A stretch of DNA of 64,000 nucleotides from Octopus sinensis (taxonomy: Eukaryota). Position 1 is the first letter of the stretch, and every line of letters begins with the position of its first letter. Under the pieces are notes generated by a model that was given only the letters and a program-made list of their open reading frames with translations, did no database searches and was not told the DNA's origin. The stretch lies in contig NC_043008.1 in NCBI RefSeq assembly GCF_006345805.1, positions 78,368,001 through 78,432,000 on the forward strand, read 5' to 3'. Positions 11,140 to 23,542 of the stretch are shown in pieces. The translations under genes were made by a program, and so were the position numbers.

Positions 11140-11329
11140 GTGCAGTGATATAACAAAGAAAATTATGCAAGTATGCAATAGTTTTAGCAACTTTCTTTCT
11201 TTAGTGGCAACTACAGTTCACTTAATAACACTATTTTACAAATAGGTCTTGTTATTCAGTTATCACTTACCGGTCACAAGAGTCAATTTGTGTCTTACCG
11301 GTCACAAGAGTCAATTTAATTCAGCTTTT

Positions 11330-11545
11330 ATGCGGCGAACTGGCAGAATCGTTAGCTGGCTGGGAAAAAATATTTAGCGGCATTTCGCCTGTCCTTACGT
11401 TCTGAGTTCAAATTCCGCCGAGGTCCACTTTACTCTTCATCCTTCCGGAGTCGATAAAATAATTACCAGTTAAGGACTGGATTGGAATGTAATCGACTTT
11501 CCATTTCTCCGAAGTTGCTGGCCTTATGCAAAAATTTGAAATCCA
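11330..11545 (+). mobile_element. tRNA-derived SINE
   Basis: gcggcgaactggcagaatcgttagc...gttctgagttcaaattccgccgagg...catccttccggagtcgataa. Confidence 0.9.
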
Positions 11546-12331
11546 TATTAAGTTCGGTCCAAGCCGATCCTGACTGAACATACCTTTTATCAGATGTTCC
11601 AGACATGACCATCCCATCTTATTCGAATTACTTATCCTGGACAACATACTAATGTATCCTTCCTTTTCAAGATACCCGTGTAATACTAGAGTATTCTTGT
11701 GTTGTTTGTTTTTGATTTCTTGTTATTTAATCATTTATTTTATATGCAAAAGCCTCAAATTAAAGTCAATATTCAGCAAGGTTGGCCCTTTCAATATAAA
11801 GCATAGCTTCTGCTAAAACTTTCAAGATGTTGTTCTATATCTCAGTTCTATGGACCGAAAGCACTTACCATTAGATATTTCGCCCATATTGGTTTCTTGA
11901 ATGTGACTGCGAAAGGCACTGAATGTGCATAAGATGGCTACGATGATCGAAAGTCTTAATGAATACGGTGAACTACAGTCTCTACTTTCCCTGGGCAGAT
12001 CATATTAAACAGTTTGTAAAGTGAAACTTTCGTTGTCTTCTTTTCTACTCTAGGCACAAGGCCTGAAATTTTGGGGGAGTCAGTCTCCAAGTGTGAGATC
12101 TTTTTTATTTTCTTAGTAGGCGTCTTCCACGTATTTGATTCTAAATGCAAATCAAAAGAAACAACAATATACTACCAATCCTATAGAAAAGCCAAACTCT
12201 TCTGAAATTCGATTCAATTCGAAGTCCGGTAGCAGACTGGTTATTTTTAAAATATGATACTGCAAATAATGGAGCTTTTACTTTTATTAGGAATGCAAAA
12301 TAAAATCTGAATTTATTTATTTGATTATTGT

Positions 12332-12386
12332 ATGGTCTTCCAAGTGATTCTTTTCATTCTTCTGGGGATATTGATTTTATATTTTG
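12332..12386 (+). CDS. Candidate first coding exon with a signal-peptide-like sequence
   Basis: Acceptor ttttacttttattAG at 12289-90, in-frame stop upstream of the ATG, MVFQVILFILLGILILYF then phase-1 donor G|gtaatg (alternative A|gtacgc at 12416); could be an AT-rich chance match. Confidence 0.25.
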
Positions 12387-12456
12387 GTAATGCAACGGAT
12401 AACTGCAAAACTAAAAGTACGCATGTTCAGCTCTTGCTATATAATTATATATCCGT

Positions 12457-12908
12457 TTATGTATGTATGTATGTATGTATGTATGTATTATGTATATATG
12501 TATGTATGTATGTATGTATATATGTATGTGTGTGTGCATGTGTGTATGTATGTATGTATAGAACTTCAGATTTGGGATAACAAGTATACACAAATTTATG
12601 GACATATATTTAACTGTTTTGTATGTGGATAATCCCACCTGTCTCAGTTACTATCTCTGTCTATACTATATGCGAATATATTCACACACACAAACACACT
12701 CACAAATTAAGTTCGCACATACATTTGTATATATATGTGTGTGTGTGTGTTTATTTGTATGTATGTATATGTATGTATGCGAACATGTGTGTATATATGT
12801 GTGTGTACATATATATGTGAGTGAATGTGTTGCATGTGTGTGCACACAAAGATCACAAACACAGATATGGTTATATATGGTGACATAACGAGCACACTCA
12901 CAAACACG

Positions 12909-12942
<34 letters not shown>

Positions 12943-13040
12943 CATACATACATACATACTACATACATACATACATACATACATACATACATACATACAT
13001 ACAACATACATACATACATACATACATACATACATACATA
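12457..13040. repeat. Compound (TATG)n ... (CATA)n microsatellite block in inverted arrangement
   Basis: (TATG)n 12457-12560, mixed TG/TA in between, (CATA)n 12910-13040. Confidence 0.95.
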
Positions 13041-14718
13041 CTGAGTATGTAATCGAGCATTTGATCAAGAAGAAAATGAAAGACTAAAGTAGACCAGCGA
13101 AAACCTATGAATAAGAGAAACACAAAAGAACAAAGTGTGGTGCTGAAATGAAAGCAAATGCAAGTCTTGACTAATAACATTCATCTTTTTAAAAATACCT
13201 AATCTACTATCTATACTTCTAGCTCCTACTATTCTCAAATGTAGGACATCTATTATTTATAAAATCAAAAGAATATGCTAGATTCTCTATTCAGGCGATA
13301 TGGATCTGGTTTAATAATAGCGAACAGCATGTTTAGATTGAAAATACTGAATTGTCACTGTTTATTGAAAAGTCAAATTTTATATATCAGATAGTTTTAC
13401 CGTCTCTGTTCAGATAACCGGTTTCCTTTAACGTTTCATTTATCTTTAATTATTTATGATGATACTAGTACTACCTTTTTTATATAATTCACTTAAGTCA
13501 TCATTGTTATAGACATGCTTGTGCATCAGCTGCAATGTAATGATGTTTTTATTTCAGTCAAGATTACTAAACTGTTTATATTTTTCCCCACTCAACACTT
13601 GCTTAACATATGCTTTTCTGTATTTTTCTTCACCTAAATGAGATCTGTTTACTTTATCGCTACTTGGAGGGCTGGGGCGAACGACTGAAGAATAGAACGT
13701 TTGAATTCTGTCGCTGTTCCGGTTAAGTTTGTAAACCCTCAGTATCTACCCTTATCTAGTTGGAGATAGGTCCTATACGGAGACAAGTGGAATCTGCTAC
13801 AGACTGAGGCATTTACCTATAGTTGAAACACTTAGAAAAGAAAGCAGATTATCAAAACAATTATATAGTAGCAATAAATATATATAATATATTAGTCGCA
13901 TTTAAAATGCAATAATTATGAGTAAATAAATATCATTCAAACGTTTAAAGTCTCTTGATAACTGTACAAATTTAGATATAGCTTTACTTTATTTATTTCA
14001 TTCTTTCAACTTTAAAATATTTTATAGAATAATTTTTAATCTCACTGAATTAGCACAGGACATTTGTATTAATTTATGTTTGACATTATAGTCAAATTAA
14101 TGTTTTTCACTATATTTTATTTATAAAACGCTTGCAACAAAATTACTGAATTATAGCAACAGCAATTTCTCCATATTACAAAAATTCTAACTTCACTTAT
14201 TATATCGGTCGGTCTTTGAGTTTCTTTCGTGAACTGTTTTCCGTAGTGTATTTATTGATAAAGCACGTTTCTTTTGAGGTGCCTTACAATCATTTTATTA
14301 AAAAAAATAATCAGAATTCAAATTAGATGACATTTAACGTAATGTTTTTTTTTTTTGTCTTTTCTTTTTATATTTCATAGTTGATTCCAAACACCTGAAC
14401 TATTTGAAAATAACCGAAATAATATATACACGCATAATTATGTGCATGCTCATAAATATAGACATGCATATACATATATATCTGTGAGCATGCATGCGTT
14501 AGGAGATATATTCAGTAGGGAGGCACCTAATAAACAATTCGGACATCTATATGCGAACATCTGCAGAAAATTACCTGTGATGAAAGCATACCAAAGGGGT
14601 GAAATTTTGATGAGAAATAATTAAACAATTTGCTTAGTGAGAGATTTACGGAATAAGAATAAAGATCAAGAAGTAACGGACTATATTGCAGTACACAGCT
14701 TGGAGTAATGGGGCCAGG

Positions 14719-15014
14719 ATGTACTGGGGTAGCTTATTAGTCCATATGCAGATACACCATTGTAATAACAGTACCAGACACGAGGAAAAGGAGCATTCTT
14801 TAAATCAGTGAATGTGGCATATTGGACAGCACTTAGCAATCAACTGAAAGTGTAGACGTTATAGCAGCAGCATTGTCCCCGATATGTGAGCTGTGGTTCA
14901 CTTCAGATCTATAAAGAGTCAGTTACAAAGCAGGATGAAATTACTTCAGCTCTTACATAGATGCAGTTTTTAGGATATATATATTAGGGTAATGGCTTTT
15001 GATTTCTTTGGAAG
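14719..15014. repeat. Unclassified ~295-bp dispersed repeat, copy 1 (copy 2 at 25943-26227)
   Basis: Colinear throughout, from atgtactggg to ttggaag; roughly 85% identical by eye. Confidence 0.85.
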
Positions 15015-16500
15015 CCGTATTGCCTTTTTCAATGTTTTTCAGGCACAGCACTGTTGTACCCAATGTCAACCACTCTGGTGTTACTTGGTCGGCATTTAAA
15101 AAGTTGTTGAGTTACGCAGCTATTCGTGCATGACATTATTCACTAAATCTTTTGATCCAGTAGCCTTGAACTCCATCTGGTCCCGGGGTCTTCCAGTTGC
15201 TCATTTTATTTTTTTTTGCTGATTCCCTTCACTTCCCTAACTGAAATGACTAGTTCTCCATGTTTTGGACAGACTACTGTTTGTTTCAGTTCTTGAAACC
15301 ATCCAGCATCCTTCTTACGCTCCTTGTCTTTGCTCCAGATGTCAAATCAAAATCTTTGACTTTCATTGTTATCTGGTATCAACTTTTCATCTGTACACTC
15401 TCCATTTATTTCTTTATAGAATCTCTTCTGATCTACTCTGAATAACCTATTCCGGTGGTAACCCTTCATTCTTTGGTCGTATCTTACCATCTTTGCCTTC
15501 TTTGCAATGAGGCGCTATTTCAGTTCCTCCATAACCACTTTAAGGCCCTTTCTTTCAATATTATACTTCCTTTTCAGTGCCCTGTATTTTTGTTCGCTTT
15601 CAAGCTCCCCTTTCTCTTTTCGATCTAACACAGAAATGTCATTCGGGGGCATTTCTAACCCTGCCTGTATTCTTCTTTTCCACCATGGATCTTTTCTTTT
15701 ATCACTCCTATTATATTTCTTTTTCTTGACATCAACACCAACGTTTTCTGCTACAACAATACTTGCTACCTTGATCAAATTATTTGTTTCTGTGATGTTG
15801 TTTGTTCTGATGTATTTCAGAATTTGATTGACATCTTTCGTTTCTTGGTTCAATTTCCACTGATCAACCTTTTAAAGGTTGCAAATAATGTCGCTATCGT
15901 TCTCCTGTAGTCTTGCCTTTATTCTGTCGTAGATTGCCTTTTGTTCATCTGTCATGTCGCAATTAGTTTTATTGTCTTCTTTCATATTATCTGTATGTCT
16001 CTCACCAAGTTGGCTATCACTGCTCCTTTCCTGTGCTATGAGATTACTTCTATTAGTAAGACCTGTATTTTCATCGTTATCTCTGCTGCTATTTTCCAAT
16101 ACCCGTCTTTTGATAGCATTTAGCTCTACTTCTGTGAACCAATGATTTTTCTTATTGCTTTAGCTTGATTACATAATCTCTGTCCCATAAGTTGAAACAA
16201 TCCCTTTTCTTTCCAGTGATCATACATACGTTGTCGGTAACCCCTAATTTGAGCACCATTTTCATCTACAGGGTTGCTCAGGTAGTAACACTCCATGACC
16301 ACAGCATTAATTTGCTTGCTCCATTTGCGCCGTGTGAGGTGGTCTCTTTCTGGATATAGACAGGCTAGAGCCGGACCAGAATCTCAGAGCCAGCTGGATG
16401 CAACACTGTCACCATCAATGGCTTCAGTTTCATTACCACGACCGTTATTCCCAATATTTTTTTTATTGTCACTCAAATGAGGTAGCGATTATCAGGTTGC
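15015..16500 (-). mobile_element. R4/Dong-clade LINE, N-terminal to pre-RT region
   Basis: RRKWSKQINAVVMECYY, RGYRQRMYDHW, PWWKRRI, KYRALKRKY, YHRNRLFRVDQKRFYKEI, NWKTPGPDGVQGYWIK. Confidence 0.85.
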
Positions 16501-17608
16501 GCAATTACCAGTGTTTTTTATTGTGACACCATCATTAGATGTATCATTAATCAGGACATGGAGAGATTCCTGCTGCTTCCTTTCATCATTATTATTATTA
16601 TCATCACTGATATCACTAATATTATTGTTTATATTCCTTTACTATTTGTCATTGTTATACTAACAGACTCAGGTAACACAGGCCTATACAGGGAAGGGAC
16701 GGCACCAATTTCCTGCGCTGCTCACATGGACAGCCACATAGAAAATTTGATCTGGCCTTCCTCAGCAATTTTAGTTGTAATTCAAAAGAGATGTAACTAC
16801 TCTCTCTGTCATGCAGAACGACTTTCCGGAGACTCCATTGCTCACTTGAGATCTTATTCGTCCTTATTTCTGTAACCTTATTTCTGTTTTTTTTTTTTGA
16901 CAATGTTGTTTTTTGCCGCTAGCTCTGCTATGTTCTCTAACCACAGGTTCCGAGAGAGTGGTAGATTTTACTTACTTCCTGTATTGTTGATATTCTTATA
17001 TTAGTTGTTGCAGTCTTTTATCTCTTTGCTGGGCAGTCTTCTTCAGTCTTGTATCACAGTTGTCAATTACTGCCTTTATTGTTGTATCTATGTGTAACAG
17101 CAGCAGTGTTGACAGCAACATCAATAGTTGTAGGGATAGGGGTAGTGATAGTAGTGGTAGTTGGGCCTCAGATTCCTGTGCTATCAGGATAGTAGTAGCT
17201 GTAGCAGCTGCAATGTATTATTGTTATTTTTATTATCATAATCACCATCACCACTACTACTATTGTTATTATCATTATTACTATTTCCATTTATTATTAA
17301 AAGGTTTTGTTAAATGTTCTTTATTTTCAACTTTTGTCTTGTATTTGAGGTAATCATAAATATGTAGTTGTTGAAGGAAATAGTTGGGGAAGAGTAGTAG
17401 CTTAGTGAATAGACCAAATTCTACAGTTATGTAAATAGATTCGGCAGATGGTGAGGAGGTCAGCAACAGAAGACAAAAGAATCCTTGTACCGTTTGGGTC
17501 AGCAAAGGTCAAATGTGTTTACCACTACCAGCGACCAATGAGAACGCTGATCTTGGCCTTGAAAAGAAGCAATTCACCCTACTCTGTTCTATTTGTAATT
17601 ACTGGTAG

Positions 17609-17664
<56 letters not shown>

Positions 17665-17724
17665 CTAATATTCCCGTCGTTGAATTTTTGAATTTCTGAA
17701 TTCAATTGTGTTGTTGCAATAAAA

Positions 17725-18215
17725 GGTATGTTTACATATTTGGGTAGTCAGGAAGAAAAGAAAGATAAAAGTTTCGCACAAAATTTGATATATTAAAGCT
17801 TTAAATTTTCTTGAGATGTTCGTTTGTCTGTCCATTTGGAGAATACAGTAGTGTTTTTACAAGGAAAGGGATGTTTATCTTTTCGAATACTCTGGGAGAG
17901 AGAAAAGAAAAGAAAAGGAGGGTAACATTTTCACAGAAAGTTGTAGATATTAACATTTTAAGATTTACTAAATATGGTCTTTTGTATATCCTCACAGAGA
18001 AAATTGTAGTGTTCTTAGAATAAAAAGGATGTTTACATTTTCGAATATTCAAGGAGAAAAGAAAGGATAGGTATTCACAGAAGTTGTAGATATTAAAGTT
18101 TTTTGTTGATTTTTTAAAGCTGATCGTTTGTGCGTTCGAAAGCTGTAAATATGTAAGTTTCCTTGCTTATTTTGAGGGAGATTTAAAATGCTCACAGGAA
18201 AATGTAGATATTTCA
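17725..18215. repeat. Degenerate tandem repeat, ~4 units of ~120-160 bp
   Basis: Recurring atgttta(c/t)..ttcgaata.tc...agaaaagaaa and tcacagaa(a)gttgtagatattaa at ~17770, 17930, 18075 and 18190. Confidence 0.65.
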
Positions 18216-18364
18216 GTCTTTGGGAGTTATTTTACCGTTGTTCTGTTGGGTTATATTAGTGTTTCTGTCTCTTCGGCTGCTGAGTGTTCAGAGCAGCGAA
18301 GAACATGTCCAGCCGCTGTCAAGGCTTGCGTTAATATTATTATTATTATTACTATTATTATTAT

Positions 18365-18776
18365 TGACTGAGAGAGCAAGTGCATGCCATCAAAGTGACA
18401 CTGGGGTAAAATATACAAAGCCCAGTATACCTATCATGACTACCCATCTGATAAGGGTACACTAGGCACATGCATCAACCATATGTGCACGACATGGTGA
18501 TCTCATATCAAGATAAACAGCGCATGACCTTGCAAGTGGGGCCCAGTTAGAAATTTCTTCTAGTCGAGTAACCCATCCCGCTCAAAAGGTCCCTGAATAA
18601 AGATTGTTTAAAGATGTTGAACGAACCACCCATGTTTCGAAAGGTGAATTATCCAAACCTCTAAGAATCCCTCTCAACACTTGGCTATGATGCTTCCCCA
18701 CTACTTCTGCTCGTGATCAGAGATGCACATATCGTCAGCAACTAAGGGACATGCTCAACTGGTTATGGTCAAACAA
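18365..18776 (-). mobile_element. Non-coding (TAA)n-embedded element, truncated copy
   Basis: Colinear with 24871-25425; flanked by (TTA)n and (TCA)n. Confidence 0.9.
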
Positions 18777-18833
18777 TTATTATTATCCTCATCATCATCA
18801 TCATCATCATCATTACTGCTATTACTATCATTA

Positions 18834-19045
18834 AAGCGGCGAGGTGGCAGAAAATCTAGCATACTGTGCAAAATGATTTACGGCATTTCGTCCGTCTTTA
18901 TGTGCTGAGTTCAAATTCCGTCAAGATCCACTTTGCCTTTCATCCTTTCAGGGTCGATTAAATAAGAACCAGCTACGCATTGGGATCGATGTAATCGACT
19001 TAATACCCTCCCCCAAGCTGCCCTTGTGGTAAAAGTTAGAAATCA
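18834..19045 (+). mobile_element. tRNA-derived SINE (diverged)
   Basis: gcggcgaggtggcagaa...gctgagttcaaattcc...catcctttcagggtcgat. Confidence 0.85.
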
Positions 19046-19073
19046 TTATTATTATTATTATATTATTATTATT

Positions 19074-19112
<39 letters not shown>

Positions 19113-19122
19113 GTCATCATCA

Positions 19123-19192
<70 letters not shown>
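19046..19192. repeat. (TTA)n/(TCA)n microsatellite
   Basis: Seen directly. Confidence 0.95.
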
Positions 19193-19194
<2 letters not shown>

Positions 19195-19775
19195 GTTTGA
19201 CCTTTGCTTTACATTTGAACAAGCTGGCTCCAAGTCTCACCCAGAGACCTCAAGAGACAACAAGTTGGAAGTTTATGTTGGTGTCATGCCTAGGGTGCCA
19301 TATATTTGGTTTTGTACTTAGTGTTGTACTAGTGAATATCTAAAATAACCATACGAAAATTATGTTTGTTTTAAAACTTGAAATTACAAAGAAAGTATTT
19401 TGCGTAGGATATGAGCAGTTTCCATGAGCACTATCTTTTGAATTTCTGCCATTTTGGGGTTTCCCCGGTATCTGAGTTAGATAGCAATCAGCCCCTTTTC
19501 CTATCATTCCCAGAGCACATATGACAACAGGTATTGTTTTAGTCTTCAGGTTCCACATTTTGCTGATTTCTATTTCCAGATCTTAATATTTGCTCAGTTT
19601 CTGGTAGGTCTTGACAGATACGTTTATATCGATTGGGACAGTCATATCAATGAGGAGGCATGTTCTTTGTCTGAAGTCTTTTACTATGATGTCTGGCCTA
19701 TTCGCGTCTAACATTCTGTCAGTTTGAATGGTGAAGTTCCAGAGGAGTGAGATGTGAGGATTGAGAGTTATTACT
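19193..19775 (-). mobile_element. R4/Dong LINE 3' end (restriction-like endonuclease plus 3' UTR) between (TTA)n tracts
   Basis: LLWNFTIQTDRMLDANRPDIIVKD..CLLIDMTVPID.NVSVK..KLSKY (PD..D..K motif), MWNLKTKTIPVVICALG. Confidence 0.92.
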
Positions 19776-19788
19776 ATTATTATTATTA

Positions 19789-19840
<52 letters not shown>

Positions 19841-19929
19841 GAACACTAGGATCGATATAATCGCCTGGTCCCTTCCCCAAATATTGCTGCCCTTGTGGCA
19901 AAATTTGAATTCATTGTTATTACAAATAT

Positions 19930-20484
19930 TGCGTGAGAGAGCAGTGCATGCAATCAAAGTGACACTGTGGTACAAATATACGAAGATCAATATACCCATC
20001 ATGACTGCCTGTCTGATACGGGCAGACTAGGCATATGCATCACAACCATATGTGCATGGCATGGTGATCTCATATCAAGATAAGTAGCGCATGACCTTGC
20101 AGAAGGGGCCCAGTTACAATTTTCGTCAAGTTAAGTAGCCCATTCTGCTCAAAAGCTCCCTGAATAAGGTTTGTTAAGGACGATGAATGAAACACCTATG
20201 TTTCCGAAGGTGAATTATTCAAACCCCTAAGAGTCCTTCACAACACATGGCTATGATGCTACCCCAACTACTTCTGCTTGTGATTAGAAATGCACATTTC
20301 GTCAGCCACTAAGGGACATGCTCAGTTGTTCAGAGTCAAGCAACTAACAAGCAAATCTGTGATATTGAGCATAATATTTGCTGTAGCCCATCTTTTATAC
20401 CAAGACAAAACATGTATATGATGGCACTTCTAATCAGTTTAGATCAGAAGCCATGAGAGCCACTGCCTAGTACTGCATCAGCGC
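19930..20484 (-). mobile_element. Non-coding (TAA)n-associated ~560-bp element, full copy
   Basis: Colinear with 24871-25425 end to end. Confidence 0.9.
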
Positions 20485-20720
20485 ATAAGAACTGCATCAG
20501 ACGTAAAGTAGTTTGACCCGGTTGTAAGCTCGTCACAGGAAGTAACACGTCAGGCTCGTACGACCCAACTTGGACATGGAGGATGTCGAAGATGGTTACT
20601 GGAAATTAGGCTGCCGTTGTTCAAGGCCAGAGTAATTTTTACAATTTTGTCTTCTGTTAATTGCCTGTTTCCTCTATATTACTTCAAAATCCTTTAAACG
20701 ATTTTGAAATTACTATTACT

Positions 20721-20787
20721 TTATTCTGATAACGTGACATTGGTGTTTTCAAAACATTGATGGACCAATGTCACGTTATCAGAATAA
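20721..20787. repeat. Perfect 24-bp inverted repeat with 19-nt spacer
   Basis: ttattctgataacgtgacattggt (20721-44) / accaatgtcacgttatcagaataa (20764-87). Confidence 0.95.
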
Positions 20788-22305
20788 TCTGCCGCTGTTC
20801 AAGCCTAGTCACATGGTGTTGTTGATAGCAATGTTGAACTTTCAGCAACATCAAATATATCGATGCTGTTTCAAAATATACATAATAAATGTTTATTTCT
20901 ACACCATCGCATAGTCAAATATCTGGAATATTTGTGGTAATAAAAAGCCACTGAATTTTTGTGTGCATTTAGGAATATGGATTTTGATAATATTTGGTAA
21001 GGATATGACTCAGAAGTGCTGTAATAAAAACACTCCGTCACACAATTTTTCCGTCGGAAGAGTATTATGATTATATAAAAATATTTTCTATACAAACAAC
21101 TTCGACGTCCCTGCTTTATCATAAAAATTACATGTGATTATCATTACTTTGAAATCGATTTATTGATGAAAATCACTTTATAATGCTCATCTCTGACACT
21201 CTGACAGTGTGAAGATTAATAGAACTTCTAGGAGATTCTTAAATTATGAGAAATTCAATTTTCTTCAAGTGTCCGTCGGCCAAATCGTATCAAATCATGT
21301 ACCTTCTTTTTGTTTAAAAATATTTAATACAGCAATGTTAAAATGTTTAAATATTTGCATATATTCAAACATTATGGCTTAATATCTATGCTCTGACCTT
21401 AAAGGTCAGAGCTGTGGTACGTAACTCGATTTTACATAAATGTTGAACGCAATTTATTTTTTTTATACGTTCAATGTTTCGTCACGTTCTTTATATATAT
21501 CACAGTAATGTATCCATCTAAGTAAAACATAGTTGTACGAGATCTCTTATCTCTGCCAGGATTATTCAACTACATTGCAAAACTTACTTCTTCGAACTTA
21601 CAGAAATGACCACAACATGAATGCTATAACCTCTACTACTGTTTTTGTGAAAAGTGTTAACCTCTAAACAACCTGTTCCTTTTTTTAATGAATATAAAAA
21701 CAACAGATAAAACAAATAAAATATGAAATATATGTATATATTTCATTATTTCGAAAACACTTGCTAATAGTATCGTAACACTGGTTCTAGCAATAATAAA
21801 TTATGAACACAACAACCAATAAAATAACGTTAAATTTTTGTAAATTTGTCCATGACAGAGTTTCAGTTATTTTCACCGATTTAATTCAGAAATACAATCC
21901 ATTGTATCTGCACATTCCGGAGAAAAATGAAACTGAAAAGTCACTCGCCGTGATAATTATTTAATCACAAAATATGGGAGAAATCCACGGCTTGAATTTA
22001 ACTTTCAGCTTAACATCTCAGGTTTCTTGTTTTAGATTAGAAAATGGCGAGATAAATATTTAAGCGGAAACGACTTCAGGATTTGACTCCTTCAGTAACA
22101 ATGATTTTCTAATTTTGCATTGACAGCATGGACATATTGACATAAAATCAAATTTATTTCGATAATTCTCACTCATACATACGCACATGGCCACTCAGGG
22201 GCATTAACTAATATTTTGATCTTCATTTCTGTCTACCCCACCTAATGCATTAGAACTCTTTCGTTAGTTATTTGTATCTCGAGAGTCGTTTGTCAATAAG
22301 AAACA

Positions 22306-22341
<36 letters not shown>

Positions 22342-23307
22342 CTACCTACCTACTTACCTCTCTGACAATTTATGTATCTGTCTATCCTATTTCTACTTAT
22401 GTTTCTACCAATGTACCTGTTTACTCTAACAATAAAGATAAGCATTTAAATCATATAACTAAAAAATAACAAACTTGAATAATTGCAGTACCCCAGCATG
22501 GCCTCAGCCTTTGGGCTGCTACACATAAAAATGTAAAAGTAATATCCGCTACTATTTGCTATGGTTATATCACTTTGACGTTAACTGTGTGTCGATATGT
22601 CTACTCACCTGTCTTTCTATCTTCTACCCGTCAATGAATCTATCAATACAAATATATAACACAGACCGATTGAAGCTATAGAAATGGTAAGACATTAAAA
22701 CCTGTGAGAACTAAACTTTCATTTTTATTGTCTGTCACAATATTCTAATATAGAACGTCTGAAATCATGTAACTGCTTTTAACTCAAACGTTCCTTTCAG
22801 TTAACACTCACTCTCACTCTCTCCCTCTCTATTTCACACACTCTCTCTCTCTTACTCTCTCTCTCTCACTCTTTCTTTCTCTTTCTCTCTCACTCTCTCT
22901 TATTCTCCCTCTCTTCCCCCCTCTCTCTCTCTCTCTTTGCCTCTCGCTTTTACTACACCACATGCTCCTTTACTTTTATTTATATCTCATTATATCCTTC
23001 ACGTTTATTTATTCCTCTTTCTATTTTTAGCTTTCTTCAACTAAGCAAACAACGTAATAACAATACCTTTCTCCTGGCTCTTAGCGCTAGCAATCTTCTC
23101 TTTCTCTTTCTCTCTCTCTTCTTCTTCTCCTTTGCTCTAACCACGTGACAGCGTCGCATATTCGGTCTTAGCGTATTAACTACTACTTCCCCCTACCTCA
23201 CGTCGTTGGCAATTCCCTCTCTTTTTCTTTCGCTCTTCACCTCTTTCATCAATTCACCACATGACAGCGTAATGCATTTAGATTTAGCGTATTAATATAT
23301 AAACGAA

Positions 23308-23353
<46 letters not shown>

Positions 23354-23374
23354 TATTATTATTATTATTATTAT

Positions 23375-23476
23375 TCAGTAATTTTATTTTTATAACGTGC
23401 TTTCACTTCACTACCAAGCGCAGCTCTGTGTGCCTTGGGTATGTGCTGTGATTTGTTGTGATGCTCTGAGGGTTAC
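23375..23476 (-). mobile_element. Isolated R4/Dong 3' UTR (~100 bp) in (TTA)n
   Basis: Nearly identical to 40996-41095; (TTA)n on both sides. Confidence 0.9.

Positions 23477-23540
<64 letters not shown>

Positions 23541-23542
<2 letters not shown>

Noticed and set aside
11266-11317. CRISPR-like repeat-spacer
   Set aside because: Only two repeats, 4-bp spacer, eukaryotic context, no cas genes.
12384-13180. ORFs such as MYVCMYVC.../HTYIHTYI...
   Set aside because: Translations of (TATG)n/(CATA)n microsatellites that lack stop codons; same for the YLSI, poly-Ile/Asn/Tyr and poly-Arg/Lys/Ser ORFs elsewhere.
17281-17505. Signal-peptide-like ORF MLTQTVQGFFCLLLL...
   Set aside because: Non-ATG start, no splice context; the region looks like a fragment of an unclassified repeat broken by microsatellites.
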